Shown: piece by piece, positions 43,745 through 54,300 of the stretch
How positions within the stretch are numbered: the stretch's first letter is position 1
Layout: each line of letters begins with the position of its first letter
Origin: Alphaproteobacteria bacterium
GTDB taxonomy: Bacteria; Pseudomonadota; Alphaproteobacteria; CAAHEQ01; UBA3637
NCBI GenBank assembly: GCA_045655105.1
Contig: JAZOOQ010000006.1
Location: forward strand, 408 to 64,407
Reading direction: 5' to 3'
DNA length: 64,000 bases
Position numbers and translations under genes: made by a program
Notes under the pieces: model-generated
Told to the model about the DNA's origin: nothing
The model's input: only the letters and a program-made list of their open reading frames with translations
Database searches by the model: none

Positions 43745-45289
43745 TTAAAGACCTCCATTTAAACAGCTTTTGCTAATTTTTTTATTATAATGTTTTTTAA
43801 TATCCACGTTATTCTTTTTTTCAAGTTCTTCATAAAGAGCAATTTCTGCTTTTTTTTGTTTTAAAAGATGATCAATTTCTTGAGCATTAACCACTGTAAA
43901 ATTAACATCTCCATTTATGTCTTTTTCAAGAGCGTTAACATAATTAAAATCTTGATAAGCTTGAGATGAATAGATGATTTGTTTAAGCTGTCTATATTCT
44001 TCTGTATCTTTTGGGATTTTATTTAAAGCATTTAATTGTTCAACATAAGACATTTTTAAATAAAGTTTAAAGGATTCAGTTTTGTTTTTTGTATCAACAA
44101 CATCTGAATGTGTTCTTGTGATTTTTTCACGAACAATTTTAATATTTTTATTTTTAAGATTTAATAATTCTTCTTCTAAAGCCATAATAGAATCAACATT
44201 ATCACCTTTAATTTCATTTGTGACGCCAAGATTTTTTAAACGTTGATTTAATTCGTTTATAGTTGTTTCTTTTTTGTTTGTTATAAGATTTAAAATGTTT
44301 TCGGAGTTTGTTTTTTCTTTTTTGATAGCTTGGTAAACGTTTAACCGATTGTTTTGTTCCTGAATATCTTTATGTCTAGCTTCTTCATTTAAAACAAGTG
44401 TTTTCGAAAAAAATATTTTTGACATTTCTCCATTGGGGTTATATGTATTAAATCCACTTTGAATAAATTCTTTCCATGGTTTTGGCCATTCTGGAAAAAC
44501 GGATTTTGTTTTTGCTGGATCATCATTAAACCACATAATTTCATGAGCTGGAGGTAAAGCTTTTGGTGGTTTAGGAAAGTTTTTTTGACTTTCAGATAAT
44601 CTTTGTGCTTGGTCTGGTGTTAGTGTGGATAAAAATGATTTATATGCCAATTCATTTTTTTCAAAATCATTTTCAGCACTAATTCCTGCAATTCGGCCTG
44701 TTCGTCCTAAAATTTTATTTATGTTCATTAAAAAAGAATTAACTTCTTCTTGGTAAGAATATTTTTGATCTTCCCATAATTCGAAAGACTTACCTTCTTT
44801 TACTTGACCATATTTTGATGGATTAGCATAAACGTCTGTTAAAATTTCTCTGCCCAAATACCAGTTAGCAAAAAGTTCTGCCTGAGCATCTTCTCCTGTG
44901 CTTGTTTTTTTCGGAACACTGTTTAAAATATCAACTGTTAATTTTAATTCTTGTTCATCATAAGCCTGAGTGATATTTTGCCAAGCAGCTTTTGGATTTT
45001 CATAAACATCAGCAAGTAAATTAATATTGCATTCTTCCATCGCGTTATATTTTTGGTTAATTAAATCAACGCGCAGTTTTTCATGCTCTTCTTCTTTATA
45101 TTTTTCTTTTAATTTTTTAAGTTTGAGTTGCATAGCATGAAGTTGCTCAAGATAGATAATTTCAGTTGTGTAATCATCTGTTTCAATCACTGCTTGAGAT
45201 TCATTTTCAACTGGCGCATTTGCTTGAGTTAAACTGATAAATGAAAAAAATGAAATACCTGTTAATGCAAATAATAGAAAATGTTTCAT
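43745..45289 (-). CDS. Secreted coiled-coil protein P6 (514 aa), T4SS-linked, unknown function
   Basis: Signal peptide MKHFLLFALTGISFFSFISLTQA. Lys/Glu-rich heptad-like segments. Its stop abuts the virB8a start. Confidence 0.6.
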   Translation of the reverse strand: MKHFLLFALTGISFFSFISLTQANAPVENESQAVIETDDYTTEIIYLEQLHAMQLKLKKLKEKYKEEEHEKLRVDLINQKYNAMEECNINLLADVYENPKAAWQNITQAYDEQELKLTVDILNSVPKKTSTGEDAQAELFANWYLGREILTDVYANPSKYGQVKEGKSFELWEDQKYSYQEEVNSFLMNINKILGRTGRIAGISAENDFEKNELAYKSFLSTLTPDQAQRLSESQKNFPKPPKALPPAHEIMWFNDDPAKTKSVFPEWPKPWKEFIQSGFNTYNPNGEMSKIFFSKTLVLNEEARHKDIQEQNNRLNVYQAIKKEKTNSENILNLITNKKETTINELNQRLKNLGVTNEIKGDNVDSIMALEEELLNLKNKNIKIVREKITRTHSDVVDTKNKTESFKLYLKMSYVEQLNALNKIPKDTEEYRQLKQIIYSSQAYQDFNYVNALEKDINGDVNFTVVNAQEIDHLLKQKKAEIALYEELEKKNNVDIKKHYNKKISKSCLNGGL

Positions 45290-45291
45290 TA

Positions 45292-46071
45292 TTAATTTTC
45301 CTCCGGCAACTCTTCTTCAGGGTTCCAATATGTTTTATGTCTTTTTGCGGTTGCAAGTCCAAGTAGCGCATTATATTGTAATTGAGCGGCTCTTAATTGT
45401 TTTTGAATCATAAGTAATTTAATCCAAGCAATTTTTGCAGCAGCAGTTCTTAATAAGAGCTTTGGTTTGTTTTCGTTGTTTTCTAAAGAATTTTGATTTG
45501 ACGCTTGTCTTGATGAGTTATCGATATCCTTTTCCATTTCATCAATGATATCAAATATTTTTTTGGTTTGATGTTTTAAAACCAATATTCTTGCCATCAT
45601 CTGAATATTGGCTTGTTGACGAATATATTGTCTTTTTTTAACAAAATTATAATCACCTTCATGATCAGCAAAAGGCATATCAGCATAAATTTTCATATTG
45701 CTTTTCATAAGGGTTTCAACTTTTGATGAGGCAGGATCTGGATATTCAACAACAATATCTTTTGGCGGTTCTTTTCCTTCAACAAAATCGCCAGGATTTG
45801 CAGAATCGTTATTTCCTAAAACCGAAGATGGATTTGGAAGGTCAGAGATTGTTTGATTGACAAGAGCATTTCCTTGTTCGGTTATATAATTAAATTGTTT
45901 GTTAGCTTCAGCTGCGCCTCTTGAAATCGTATCAGCAGTGCTTCCTGGTTCTAAAACTGGACCACCAACACCAGCAATCCAACATGGATCACAAGGCATG
46001 CATACTGAGGAATATGCTGACAGAGGAGTTGTGGTCAAAAATATGAAAAGAATATAAGGTGTTATTTTCAT
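45292..46071 (-). CDS. Secreted protein P5 (259 aa), T4SS-linked, unknown function
   Basis: Signal peptide, Cys-rich mature N-terminus (SVCMPCDPCW), helical C-terminal half. Its start overlaps the P4 stop (ATGA). Confidence 0.6.
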   Translation of the reverse strand: MKITPYILFIFLTTTPLSAYSSVCMPCDPCWIAGVGGPVLEPGSTADTISRGAAEANKQFNYITEQGNALVNQTISDLPNPSSVLGNNDSANPGDFVEGKEPPKDIVVEYPDPASSKVETLMKSNMKIYADMPFADHEGDYNFVKKRQYIRQQANIQMMARILVLKHQTKKIFDIIDEMEKDIDNSSRQASNQNSLENNENKPKLLLRTAAAKIAWIKLLMIQKQLRAAQLQYNALLGLATAKRHKTYWNPEEELPEEN

Positions 46072-46787
46072 TTTGAACCTCCTTGTGTTGTTACGCTAGG
46101 ATCGTTTGGTTTAAGTTCTAAAATGGTCGGTGATTCTTTAATAAATTGTTGAACAACATCAGATTCCATTTGAACAATTTGAATAATAATTTGAGATGCA
46201 AGTATTTTCATTTGAGCTTTGATATTGCGGTTCATCATGGCATTACTTTGTGTTTGATTGCATCCTTTTGCAGACGCACCATGAAGGGATTGCAAATCTT
46301 CAATATAAAGTGGGCGCAATTGTTGAGATAAAGCATAGGATTCAGCTGCAATTTCTGCAGCGAACGCCATTCTGTTTTGAAGCTTTGTTTTTGCTGATTC
46401 TTTATCATCTTTAGATACAAAAAACTTTTCTTTCAACATCTTAACAGCATCATCAAACTTTTCTTGCGGTGAGATGTATACTGATTTAAACATATTCATA
46501 ATATTATCTTTCAGATAATCATAAGTTTTTGATGAGAGTTCTGTTTTTTCATTTGAAGGGGCGTTGCTGCAATTGGCATTCCCAGATCTGGTTTCATTTG
46601 CGGTTTCTTCTTGTGCAACAACTTCATTACTTAAAGAGGCTGTTAATTGTGTTGCCATGTTGCTGCCAGCAAGCATTGGAATATTGCTTACATCGGTAAC
46701 CGGGCAAACTTGACCAAGGGCGGTATGACATAATAACCCAGCGAATAAAAAAGAAGAAAATAGATGTATTTTAAAGTTTTTTTTCAT
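46068..46787 (-). CDS. Secreted protein P4 (239 aa), tentatively VirB5/TrbJ-like
   Basis: Signal peptide then QVCPVTDVSNI, resembling the Q-[IL]-P-V-[TI]-D mature N-terminus of VirB5/TrbJ. Helical; typical VirB5 size. Confidence 0.5.
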   Translation of the reverse strand: MKKNFKIHLFSSFLFAGLLCHTALGQVCPVTDVSNIPMLAGSNMATQLTASLSNEVVAQEETANETRSGNANCSNAPSNEKTELSSKTYDYLKDNIMNMFKSVYISPQEKFDDAVKMLKEKFFVSKDDKESAKTKLQNRMAFAAEIAAESYALSQQLRPLYIEDLQSLHGASAKGCNQTQSNAMMNRNIKAQMKILASQIIIQIVQMESDVVQQFIKESPTILELKPNDPSVTTQGGSK

Positions 46788-46798
46788 TTTTTTCTCCT

Positions 46799-47557
46799 TT
46801 ATTTTTCTTCAATAATAGATCTTTGTCTATCTTGCATCATCAGCGTGCTGTTAATTTCTAAAATAGAAGATTCAACAACCAAAAGTTCGTTAAGTTGAGT
46901 TGCAATTTCTTTATCTAAAATTGATAATCCATTTTCAAGACTTTTAATTTCAGTGCGTGATTTGACGTTTGATGCCATTCTTTCAAGTTCTTCTTTTTGT
47001 TTTTCCGAGAGGGCTAAAATCTTTTCAGAAATTGCAAGCCCATGATGAAGAGAAAGATACCTTTTATGTTGAATAAATTCTTGAGTGTTTGGAAATGAGG
47101 CATCTGCTAATGGATCAATTTTCACAATAGCATCACTATCAAGATCAATTTTATCTCTTTCATTTAATGAATTTTGAGCTTTATAATCAACCAGATATGT
47201 GCTCTTTACAATTTGATGCATTTTTGAAAGATTTGGTTTTTCTTGGCGAAGTTCCGTTAAAAACATTTGTGTGAATGTTTTATCCGTATAAAAAGCAACA
47301 TCATCACCCGTGAGCAGTGGTGAATTATCAGTCGTGATACGTTCACGTCTGGTAATCCCTGGTTGGCCATAATTTGTGTTCGTTTTTTTTTGAAACTTAG
47401 ATATATATTTTGAAACAGTGGCAGAGGCTTGTTGAACGATTGCTTGGGCTTGAGCAAGCGGATACATTAAAATACTGGTGGTCATTCCTGCTTGTACTTG
47501 TGTATTTAAACAAGAAAGTATGATAACAGTTGGTAAGATTAATTTTATTTTTAACAT
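46799..47557 (-). CDS. Secreted helical protein P3 (252 aa), T4SS-linked, unknown function
   Basis: Signal peptide ending QVQA, coiled-coil-like C-terminal half. RBS AGGAGGA. Confidence 0.6.
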   Translation of the reverse strand: MLKIKLILPTVIILSCLNTQVQAGMTTSILMYPLAQAQAIVQQASATVSKYISKFQKKTNTNYGQPGITRRERITTDNSPLLTGDDVAFYTDKTFTQMFLTELRQEKPNLSKMHQIVKSTYLVDYKAQNSLNERDKIDLDSDAIVKIDPLADASFPNTQEFIQHKRYLSLHHGLAISEKILALSEKQKEELERMASNVKSRTEIKSLENGLSILDKEIATQLNELLVVESSILEINSTLMMQDRQRSIIEEK

Positions 47558-47566
47558 GTTATCCTC

Positions 47567-48340
47567 CTAATCAAAAAATGAACCGAGCATACTGCCAGCC
47601 GCTTGTATGGCCATACCCGCAACAACTTCTTTGAAAGATACGTTTGTGTTTGTAACATAATCTGCAGAGCTGATGGCTGTGATCATATTATTGGTTGCGG
47701 CTGTTAAAACAATGGCATTATAAATTTGAGCACTGCTCATTTTAACACTGGTATTATTTGAAACACTGGAACTATAATTTTTTGTTTGATTTGTTTGATC
47801 TTGAACTTGGGTATCAATTTTTGTTTTGCCAACTAAATTATTGCTCGCAAGTTCTTTATTTGTGGCTGCTAAAGCATATCCAAAAGTGGCAACTTCAACC
47901 AAAGCACGTTCTCTTTTTTCTTTTGATTTTGCAGTATTTGCAATACCGGCTTCTTCAGTTCTGTCTTTACCATCTTGATTTGTGGGAGGTAAAAGTGTTT
48001 CTCTAAAAAATTCACTGCCGTTAACACCTTCTGGAATTGTTTCAGATGAACTTGATCCTTCAGGAGAAAGAGAACCAGACACCCCCTCAGTTGCTGATTG
48101 AGGATTAATAAATTCAAGAGTGCTATTTGTGAAATCATTAATACCACCAATCATTCTGTTTTTTAAAGAGGTTTCGCCTTGAGAGTTTTGTTTTTCATCT
48201 TGCACATCTTCATCAGCTTGTTGTTGCTTTTTTTGGCCAGATCTATATTGCCCTGTGTCACTAACTGGAATACCAGCAAAAGCATTTTGAAGAGTTAAAG
48301 AATAGAGTGCAAAAAGAAGAATAAGTGTTATTTTTTTCAT
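47567..48340 (-). CDS. Secreted protein P2 (257 aa), tentatively VirB5/TrbJ-like
   Basis: Signal peptide ending NAFA, then GIPVSDTGQY (VirB5/TrbJ-like mature N-terminus). Low-complexity middle and helical C-terminal part. TGATG overlap with P1. Confidence 0.5.
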   Translation of the reverse strand: MKKITLILLFALYSLTLQNAFAGIPVSDTGQYRSGQKKQQQADEDVQDEKQNSQGETSLKNRMIGGINDFTNSTLEFINPQSATEGVSGSLSPEGSSSSETIPEGVNGSEFFRETLLPPTNQDGKDRTEEAGIANTAKSKEKRERALVEVATFGYALAATNKELASNNLVGKTKIDTQVQDQTNQTKNYSSSVSNNTSVKMSSAQIYNAIVLTAATNNMITAISSADYVTNTNVSFKEVVAGMAIQAAGSMLGSFFD

Positions 48341-49287
48341 CAGAAGCCTCCATCCGTTTTAACAGAATTGATTGTTGAATATATGCTTAAAGAATTTAAT
48401 TCAAGTGTTGATAAGCCTAGCCCTAAATAAGCACTGCCGATAACATTAAATATTAAATCCGATTCAGCACGTTTTGTTAATGTTTCAGAAACAGTTGTTG
48501 GGTTTTCTTCATTCACATCTTCTTGAACATCAGTAAAATCTGCAGTTGCATTAACAATGGCAGCAGAATCTGCATATAGATTTGAAATCCCATTAAATTG
48601 CGCTTGAGTAACATGTTGATGAATATCACCAACATCCATAATGCCGGGATCTTGCTCATTATCAATATAAAAACAAGTTTTAACGCCATCAATTGTTTTT
48701 AAATTATCGCAAATTTTTTTATCTTTTTCTCTTGTTGTTAAACGTTCTAGAGGGTTTAAGTCGTTAATTTTATTAACAACATTAGATCCGCTTTTGTTTT
48801 GAGCTACGAAACCTTTCCCCGCTTTTTCGCCACCCTCTTCGGATGAAAACATATCGCCAACATAATCTACTCCTTGATCAACCCAATTACCAACGGTTCC
48901 TGTAGCGCTATCAATAGCGCCAGACACAGCGCCTGTCACTTTATCTGTTGCAGCACCAGCAATAGTTGTGGCTGACCCAATAACAGCATCAGCTGTTCCC
49001 ATAACAGTGCTTTCAACGTTATCAATAACACCAGCTGCTTTGTTGACAAATTGCCCAATGGCTGATTGGTTAAAATAATTTGGAAATCCATTAAGAGAAT
49101 TTTGAAGTTGCATAAGTCCATTTATGTTTCCTTCAGTGGTGGCGTGTTCAAGAGTTGCCTTCATGTTTGGCATATAGTCAAGGTTTGTGTATTTAACAGG
49201 AAGAGCAAAACCTTCTTGCTGAAAGGATAGGCAAGAACAAAAAGAAATTAAAAATAAACCTAATTTTGAAAAATTCAGACGAAACAT
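48340..49287 (-). CDS. Secreted Gly/Ala/Thr-rich protein P1, first gene of the T4SS-linked array
   Basis: Signal peptide MFRLNFSKLGLFLISFCSCLSF. Contains the segment TVMGTADAVIGSATTIAGAATDKVTGAVSGAIDSATGTVG. ATG 49287 is preferred because GGGGGG lies upstream; the track starts at 49299. Confidence 0.55.
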   Translation of the reverse strand: MFRLNFSKLGLFLISFCSCLSFQQEGFALPVKYTNLDYMPNMKATLEHATTEGNINGLMQLQNSLNGFPNYFNQSAIGQFVNKAAGVIDNVESTVMGTADAVIGSATTIAGAATDKVTGAVSGAIDSATGTVGNWVDQGVDYVGDMFSSEEGGEKAGKGFVAQNKSGSNVVNKINDLNPLERLTTREKDKKICDNLKTIDGVKTCFYIDNEQDPGIMDVGDIHQHVTQAQFNGISNLYADSAAIVNATADFTDVQEDVNEENPTTVSETLTKRAESDLIFNVIGSAYLGLGLSTLELNSLSIYSTINSVKTDGGF

Positions 49288-49339
49288 TAGGCCCCCCATG
49301 CATATGTTTTATTGATTAGTATATATATTCTATTTTACA

Positions 49340-50194
49340 CTATTTTGGGGATTTTGCAAGATTTTTTTTATATGCAATCAATAGGTTAACAAATAGCATT
49401 GTAACAGTCATTGGGCCAACACCACCTGGAACAGGGGTAATAAATCCTGCAACATCTTTTATTTCTTCAAAATCTAAATCTCCAATAATTTTGTTATCAT
49501 CTAAACGTGTGATCCCAACATCAATAACAACAGAACCTTTTTTAATAAATGAAGGATCAATTAAATGAGGTTTCCCCGTTGCAGCAATAAGAATATCCGC
49601 CATATTGCAAAGTTCTTTCATATTTGTTGTTTTAGAATGGGCTTGAATAACGGTTGCATTTTGTTTGAGTAACATTTGGGCTAATGGCTTTCCAACCAAT
49701 CGAGATCGGCCAATAATAAGAGCCGTTTTTCCTTCGATCTTTGGGCAGACAGATTGAATAAGTTCCATGCATGCCAATGGTGTGCATGGCTTTAAATCTG
49801 TATCAGATAAAAATAAATCCCCTAAATTTTTAGGATGTAATCCATCAACATCTTTTTCTGGTGAAAGTGCTTCTAACACTTTGTTTTCATTAAAGTGTTT
49901 GGGTAATGGCAACTGAACTAAAATGCCATCAATTTCTTTATTTTGATTCAATTCTTCAATAAAAGAAATTAAAGCATCTTCTGTCATTACAGGAGAAAGT
50001 TGAAAGACTTCTGTGTCTGCGCCAATTCTTTCACCAACTTTTTTCTTATGGCCAACATAAATTAAACTTGCAGGATTATCCCCAACCAAAATAACAGCAA
50101 GTTTTGGTTTTCTATCTAAAGAGGAAATTTCTGTTTTTAGGGCATCTTGAATTTTTGATGCCATTTCTTTTCCGTTTATAATTATGCCAGTCAT
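49340..50194 (-). CDS. folD: Bifunctional methylenetetrahydrofolate dehydrogenase/cyclohydrolase
   Basis: LAVILVGDNPAS, YVGHKKK, VQLPLP, IIGRSRLVGKPLA, PVPGGVGPMT. Confidence 0.95.
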   Translation of the reverse strand: MTGIIINGKEMASKIQDALKTEISSLDRKPKLAVILVGDNPASLIYVGHKKKVGERIGADTEVFQLSPVMTEDALISFIEELNQNKEIDGILVQLPLPKHFNENKVLEALSPEKDVDGLHPKNLGDLFLSDTDLKPCTPLACMELIQSVCPKIEGKTALIIGRSRLVGKPLAQMLLKQNATVIQAHSKTTNMKELCNMADILIAATGKPHLIDPSFIKKGSVVIDVGITRLDDNKIIGDLDFEEIKDVAGFITPVPGGVGPMTVTMLFVNLLIAYKKNLAKSPK

Positions 50195-50209
50195 CCATTT
50201 CTCCCTTTT

Positions 50210-51385
50210 TTAAATTTTCATTTCAACAACACTAAATCTTTTTGCATTTTTGAGCAAACGTTCAGAGAGTTGTTCCATTTTTTCTGCTTCAAGTCGCATT
50301 CTTAATTCTTCATCACTAGGAATAACTTTTTTGTTTGTTATCTTGCATTTCATGAAAAATAAATCCGAATCTGGTGTTTGGATTGGTCCAATAACTTTTT
50401 TTGTTGGAGCATCTTTTAAAAGATCTTTTAATTCGCGTGGTAATTGTTCTGGAGAAATCATACCTGATTTAACGGATTCTTTAATAGCATTTTCTTTTGC
50501 AAAATCTTTGAAAGAATCGCAAGAGTTTAATTTATTAATTTTATCCCCAAAAGCTGCTGTATGGTTTGCACTTAAAGCCATTTGAGAAACTTCCCAAATT
50601 GGAACGGTGTCGGTATGAATAGGGTATTTCCTATCTAAAACAAGTAAAATAAGATAACCGTTTTTAGTTTTTAATGGTGTTGAAAGTTCACCACTTGACA
50701 TGACTCTTAAAGCATCTGTAATTTCTTTTTGATAATGTTTTCCATCAATCCAACCAAGTTCACCACCTTTTGAAGCAGAAGGAGCTATGGAATATTTTTT
50801 TGCAAGCTCAGGAAATGGTTTTCCTTGATGGAGTTCTTTATAGCAATGTTCAGCTTCTTTTTGATCCTTAATCAACATTTCTGCCACATAAAATCCTTCT
50901 GTTTTTAATTCGTTTCGAATGTTATTTTTTAAAGCAGAAATTTCTTTTTCAGAAGGAGGTAATAAAGATTTTTTATTTTGTTGAATAACTTGAAGCCACA
51001 TGAGGTCAGCTTTGATTTGGTTTTTTAAAATATGTAATGGAATTTGATTTTTTTTCAGCATACTTTCCATGCTTCCTTTTTTCATCCCATTTTGGGATTC
51101 TAAATGAAAAATAGCTTCTTCAATTTCTTTTTCAGAAACACTAAATCCTTTTTTTTCTGCTTCAGAAATTTTTATATGATCATTGATTAAAGCATCTAAT
51201 GCTGCTTTTACATATTCTTTTTTTTTCGCTGTGGTGATGGGACTTGAATTTTGAATAGAAATAAGTTTAGCACGAGCCTCTGCGTCAAATGAAGAAATTG
51301 GTTGATCATTAACAGTGGCAACAATTTGCCCCGCATTTGCAGATAAACTTAATAAAATTAAAGCAATAAAAAGAAGTGATCTCAT
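50210..51385 (-). CDS. surA: SurA-like periplasmic chaperone / parvulin PPIase
   Basis: Signal peptide, SurA N-domain, parvulin domain (GGELGWI ... TKNGYLILLV). Conserved position downstream of lptD; ATGA overlap with it. Confidence 0.8.
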   Translation of the reverse strand: MRSLLFIALILLSLSANAGQIVATVNDQPISSFDAEARAKLISIQNSSPITTAKKKEYVKAALDALINDHIKISEAEKKGFSVSEKEIEEAIFHLESQNGMKKGSMESMLKKNQIPLHILKNQIKADLMWLQVIQQNKKSLLPPSEKEISALKNNIRNELKTEGFYVAEMLIKDQKEAEHCYKELHQGKPFPELAKKYSIAPSASKGGELGWIDGKHYQKEITDALRVMSSGELSTPLKTKNGYLILLVLDRKYPIHTDTVPIWEVSQMALSANHTAAFGDKINKLNSCDSFKDFAKENAIKESVKSGMISPEQLPRELKDLLKDAPTKKVIGPIQTPDSDLFFMKCKITNKKVIPSDEELRMRLEAEKMEQLSERLLKNAKRFSVVEMKI

Positions 51386-54300
51386 TCCATTCCCCCTAAG
51401 GTTTTAAGAATAAATTTTACCATAAAAGATGTGTCTCCTTCATAGTCTCTGTCATAAGTGAAAGATTTATCCAATTCAAAAGCAATGATTGTGCAATCAT
51501 TTTCGTATTGAGCAATTAAACCTGATTCAACTGGGCCACGTTGGGATGATTTTTTTTCTAAATTATATCTATAATATCCAGATAAAGACCAGTTTTTTGT
51601 TAATTGAGATGATCCAAAGAATAATATTTCTTCGCGGTTTTTATAATAAGAAAATTCATCTGATTTCGTGTCATCTTTAATTTTGATATAATCGATACCA
51701 ACGCGTAAAGGTGCTTTTCCAACAGTAAAAGTAATTTCATTTTTAACTGGTTTAAAATCATCTTTATTTAACCGAAAACGATAAGCTAATGAGAAGATAT
51801 CAAAATTTGTTTGAAGTCTACCAACATAGTCAGAATAATTTGATTCATATCCTAAAGCTTTTTCCATCACTTCATCTCCAGAGAAGCGATATGATTGACC
51901 GAATAAAAATGATGATGACATATTTTTATTGCCATAAACTGAATATTCAATACCATAATTTGCTCTTGTGCCTGTTTCAACTCGGTCATACCCAATAAAT
52001 CTATTTTCAGAGAATAAGTTGGTATCATCAAAATCAATGTCAAGACTATCGACATTAGGGATTTTATCTTTATTGCCACTAACTGGTGATGAAACAAGCA
52101 TTAAAATTGGAGAAATAACCTGTGTATAATTTTCGCTTGCTTTTGCAAATGGATAACTTATTTTGCTTGAAAATACAGGATAAAATCTGCCAGTTGAATA
52201 ACTATCATCTGTTTTTAAACCGTTAAAAGAATATTTTCCTGTATCAATGCTATAACCATCTATGCGAACACTTGCTTTAGTGTCAATATTAATGCCTAAA
52301 TTTGAGATATAGGGTAGATGTAAACCTTGGGTTACAGAGGCTCTGTTTGATTTAAATCTTTGGCGGTTATTATAAGCAACGCCATTAATTTTTGAAAACG
52401 CATAAAGTCCACTGTTATTTAATGCTTCTGTGTTATACACATAATTCATTGTTGGAATGAAAACAGGGATGGATTTTTGATTAACTCTACCATGTTGGTT
52501 TTGAAAAGAAAGTCCTTTGAAATGGAAATAATTTCTTTCGCCAAATCTTTCAGCTGAAATATTTGATTCCAAGTATTGATCAGATGTATCAACATCTGGC
52601 AATGAGTATCGTCTAAAATATGTATCTGAAGAAACGCGATAATATTGTCCACTTAAACGCCATTTATCTGAAATATCTGCCCTCATATGAGCTTTGATGT
52701 GGCCTTGATTTTTATCATCATTATCTCTTGTTCCACTGGCTTGTAATTTTAAGTATCCACGTGTAAATGTTCCTTCATAATCCATAAATCCTAATGGGTC
52801 ATGACTAGTGGATAGTGTTGGAATAAGAGTTAAGTTTTGATTATCTGCAATATCAACAAAAAATGGGATGTTAATACCTTGTTTCATTTCATTACTATGA
52901 GCAAAACTTGGCGCTAAAAAACCTGTTTTTCTTTTAACGGTAAAATCTGGTATATTTAAATATGGAAAATAAAAAACAGGAACATCTTTAACCTTTAAAA
53001 AAGAATGAGTAAATGACATTTCTTTTTCTGGTTTATTGTGTTTAATTGTTCTAGCTGTTAATTTCCACAGAGGAGATTCTCCTTTGCAAAAAGTGCAAGG
53101 AGTATATGTAGCTTTTTTTAAATAAGTAATATCTCCATTCTCTTTTCTTTTATATCTAGCTGCAGACATATATGATCCTTCATATAAGTCCATTTCAACA
53201 ACGTTACTAACTGCCATTTTAAGAGCAGGAGTCAAAATAGTATCGGCTGTATATGTAACAGTTCCATCTGGTGTTGTTGTTTTAGAGGAGTGCGGGATAA
53301 TAATTTGCCCATTTTTTTTATCGTAAACAAATTTATCTGTTTGGATAATGGTATTGTTTTGTTCAATAACAACGTTGCCTTGAGCGGTAACAGATTCATC
53401 TTGATGATTATAAAAAATTTCATCAGCTTCAAAATTAACAGGTTTTTCTTTTTCAAATTTAACTTGTGGGTCTAATTTAATTTGAGAGTGAGCCGTGTTT
53501 GCTGAGATGCAAAATGTTGCGATTAATAATAATTTGAATGAATTTTTCATGACGTTTTTGATTTGAGGTTTTTGAATGGGTTTCATTGCAAGATAATAAA
53601 CAATCAAAACAGGAACAAAAAGATTTAAAAACATAAGAGGGGCAAACCAAAGATTTTTAGCAGTTAAGTTTTCAAAAGCTAAAGCAAGAGATTGCACTAA
53701 AATAGTTGTTAGAATAATGATATTCATACGACCCATCTGCCCCCGACGATTATAAAATGGTGATAAAATAGCAAACATTGCTAAAAACATAAATGAGATA
53801 TTATAAATTGGTTTTGTTAAGCGTTTTAAAATTTCTGTTTTATATTTACGATATTGAATTTCATTGCCAACATCTTCTTTTGTTGCAGAAAGCAAATAAG
53901 AAAGTGAATAATCTGATTCATCTAATTTTCGTGAGCTATCAGCATTTTTTTTGTCACTAAAAAACATTTTATATTTATCAAAATTTAAAATTGAAAACTT
54001 TTTTGTTTCAGGATTATATTCTTGTCTACTCCCATTTTGAAATACAAGATCAAATCCTTCATCATTTTGGAAAATAAATCCTTTTTCAGCAATTAAAACA
54101 GAAATATTTTTTGGATTTTTGGCATCATATGCTAAAACACCTTTAACAGAACCATCTTCAGATCTTTCTTTTACATAAAGAGTTAAGCGATTATTTAACG
54201 TATTAAATTGACCTTCTTGAAGCAATAAATGGGATAAATCATTTCTTACTCGCCATTTAAGTTCACCAAGTTCTCTATGAGAAGCAGGAATGATGTTGAG

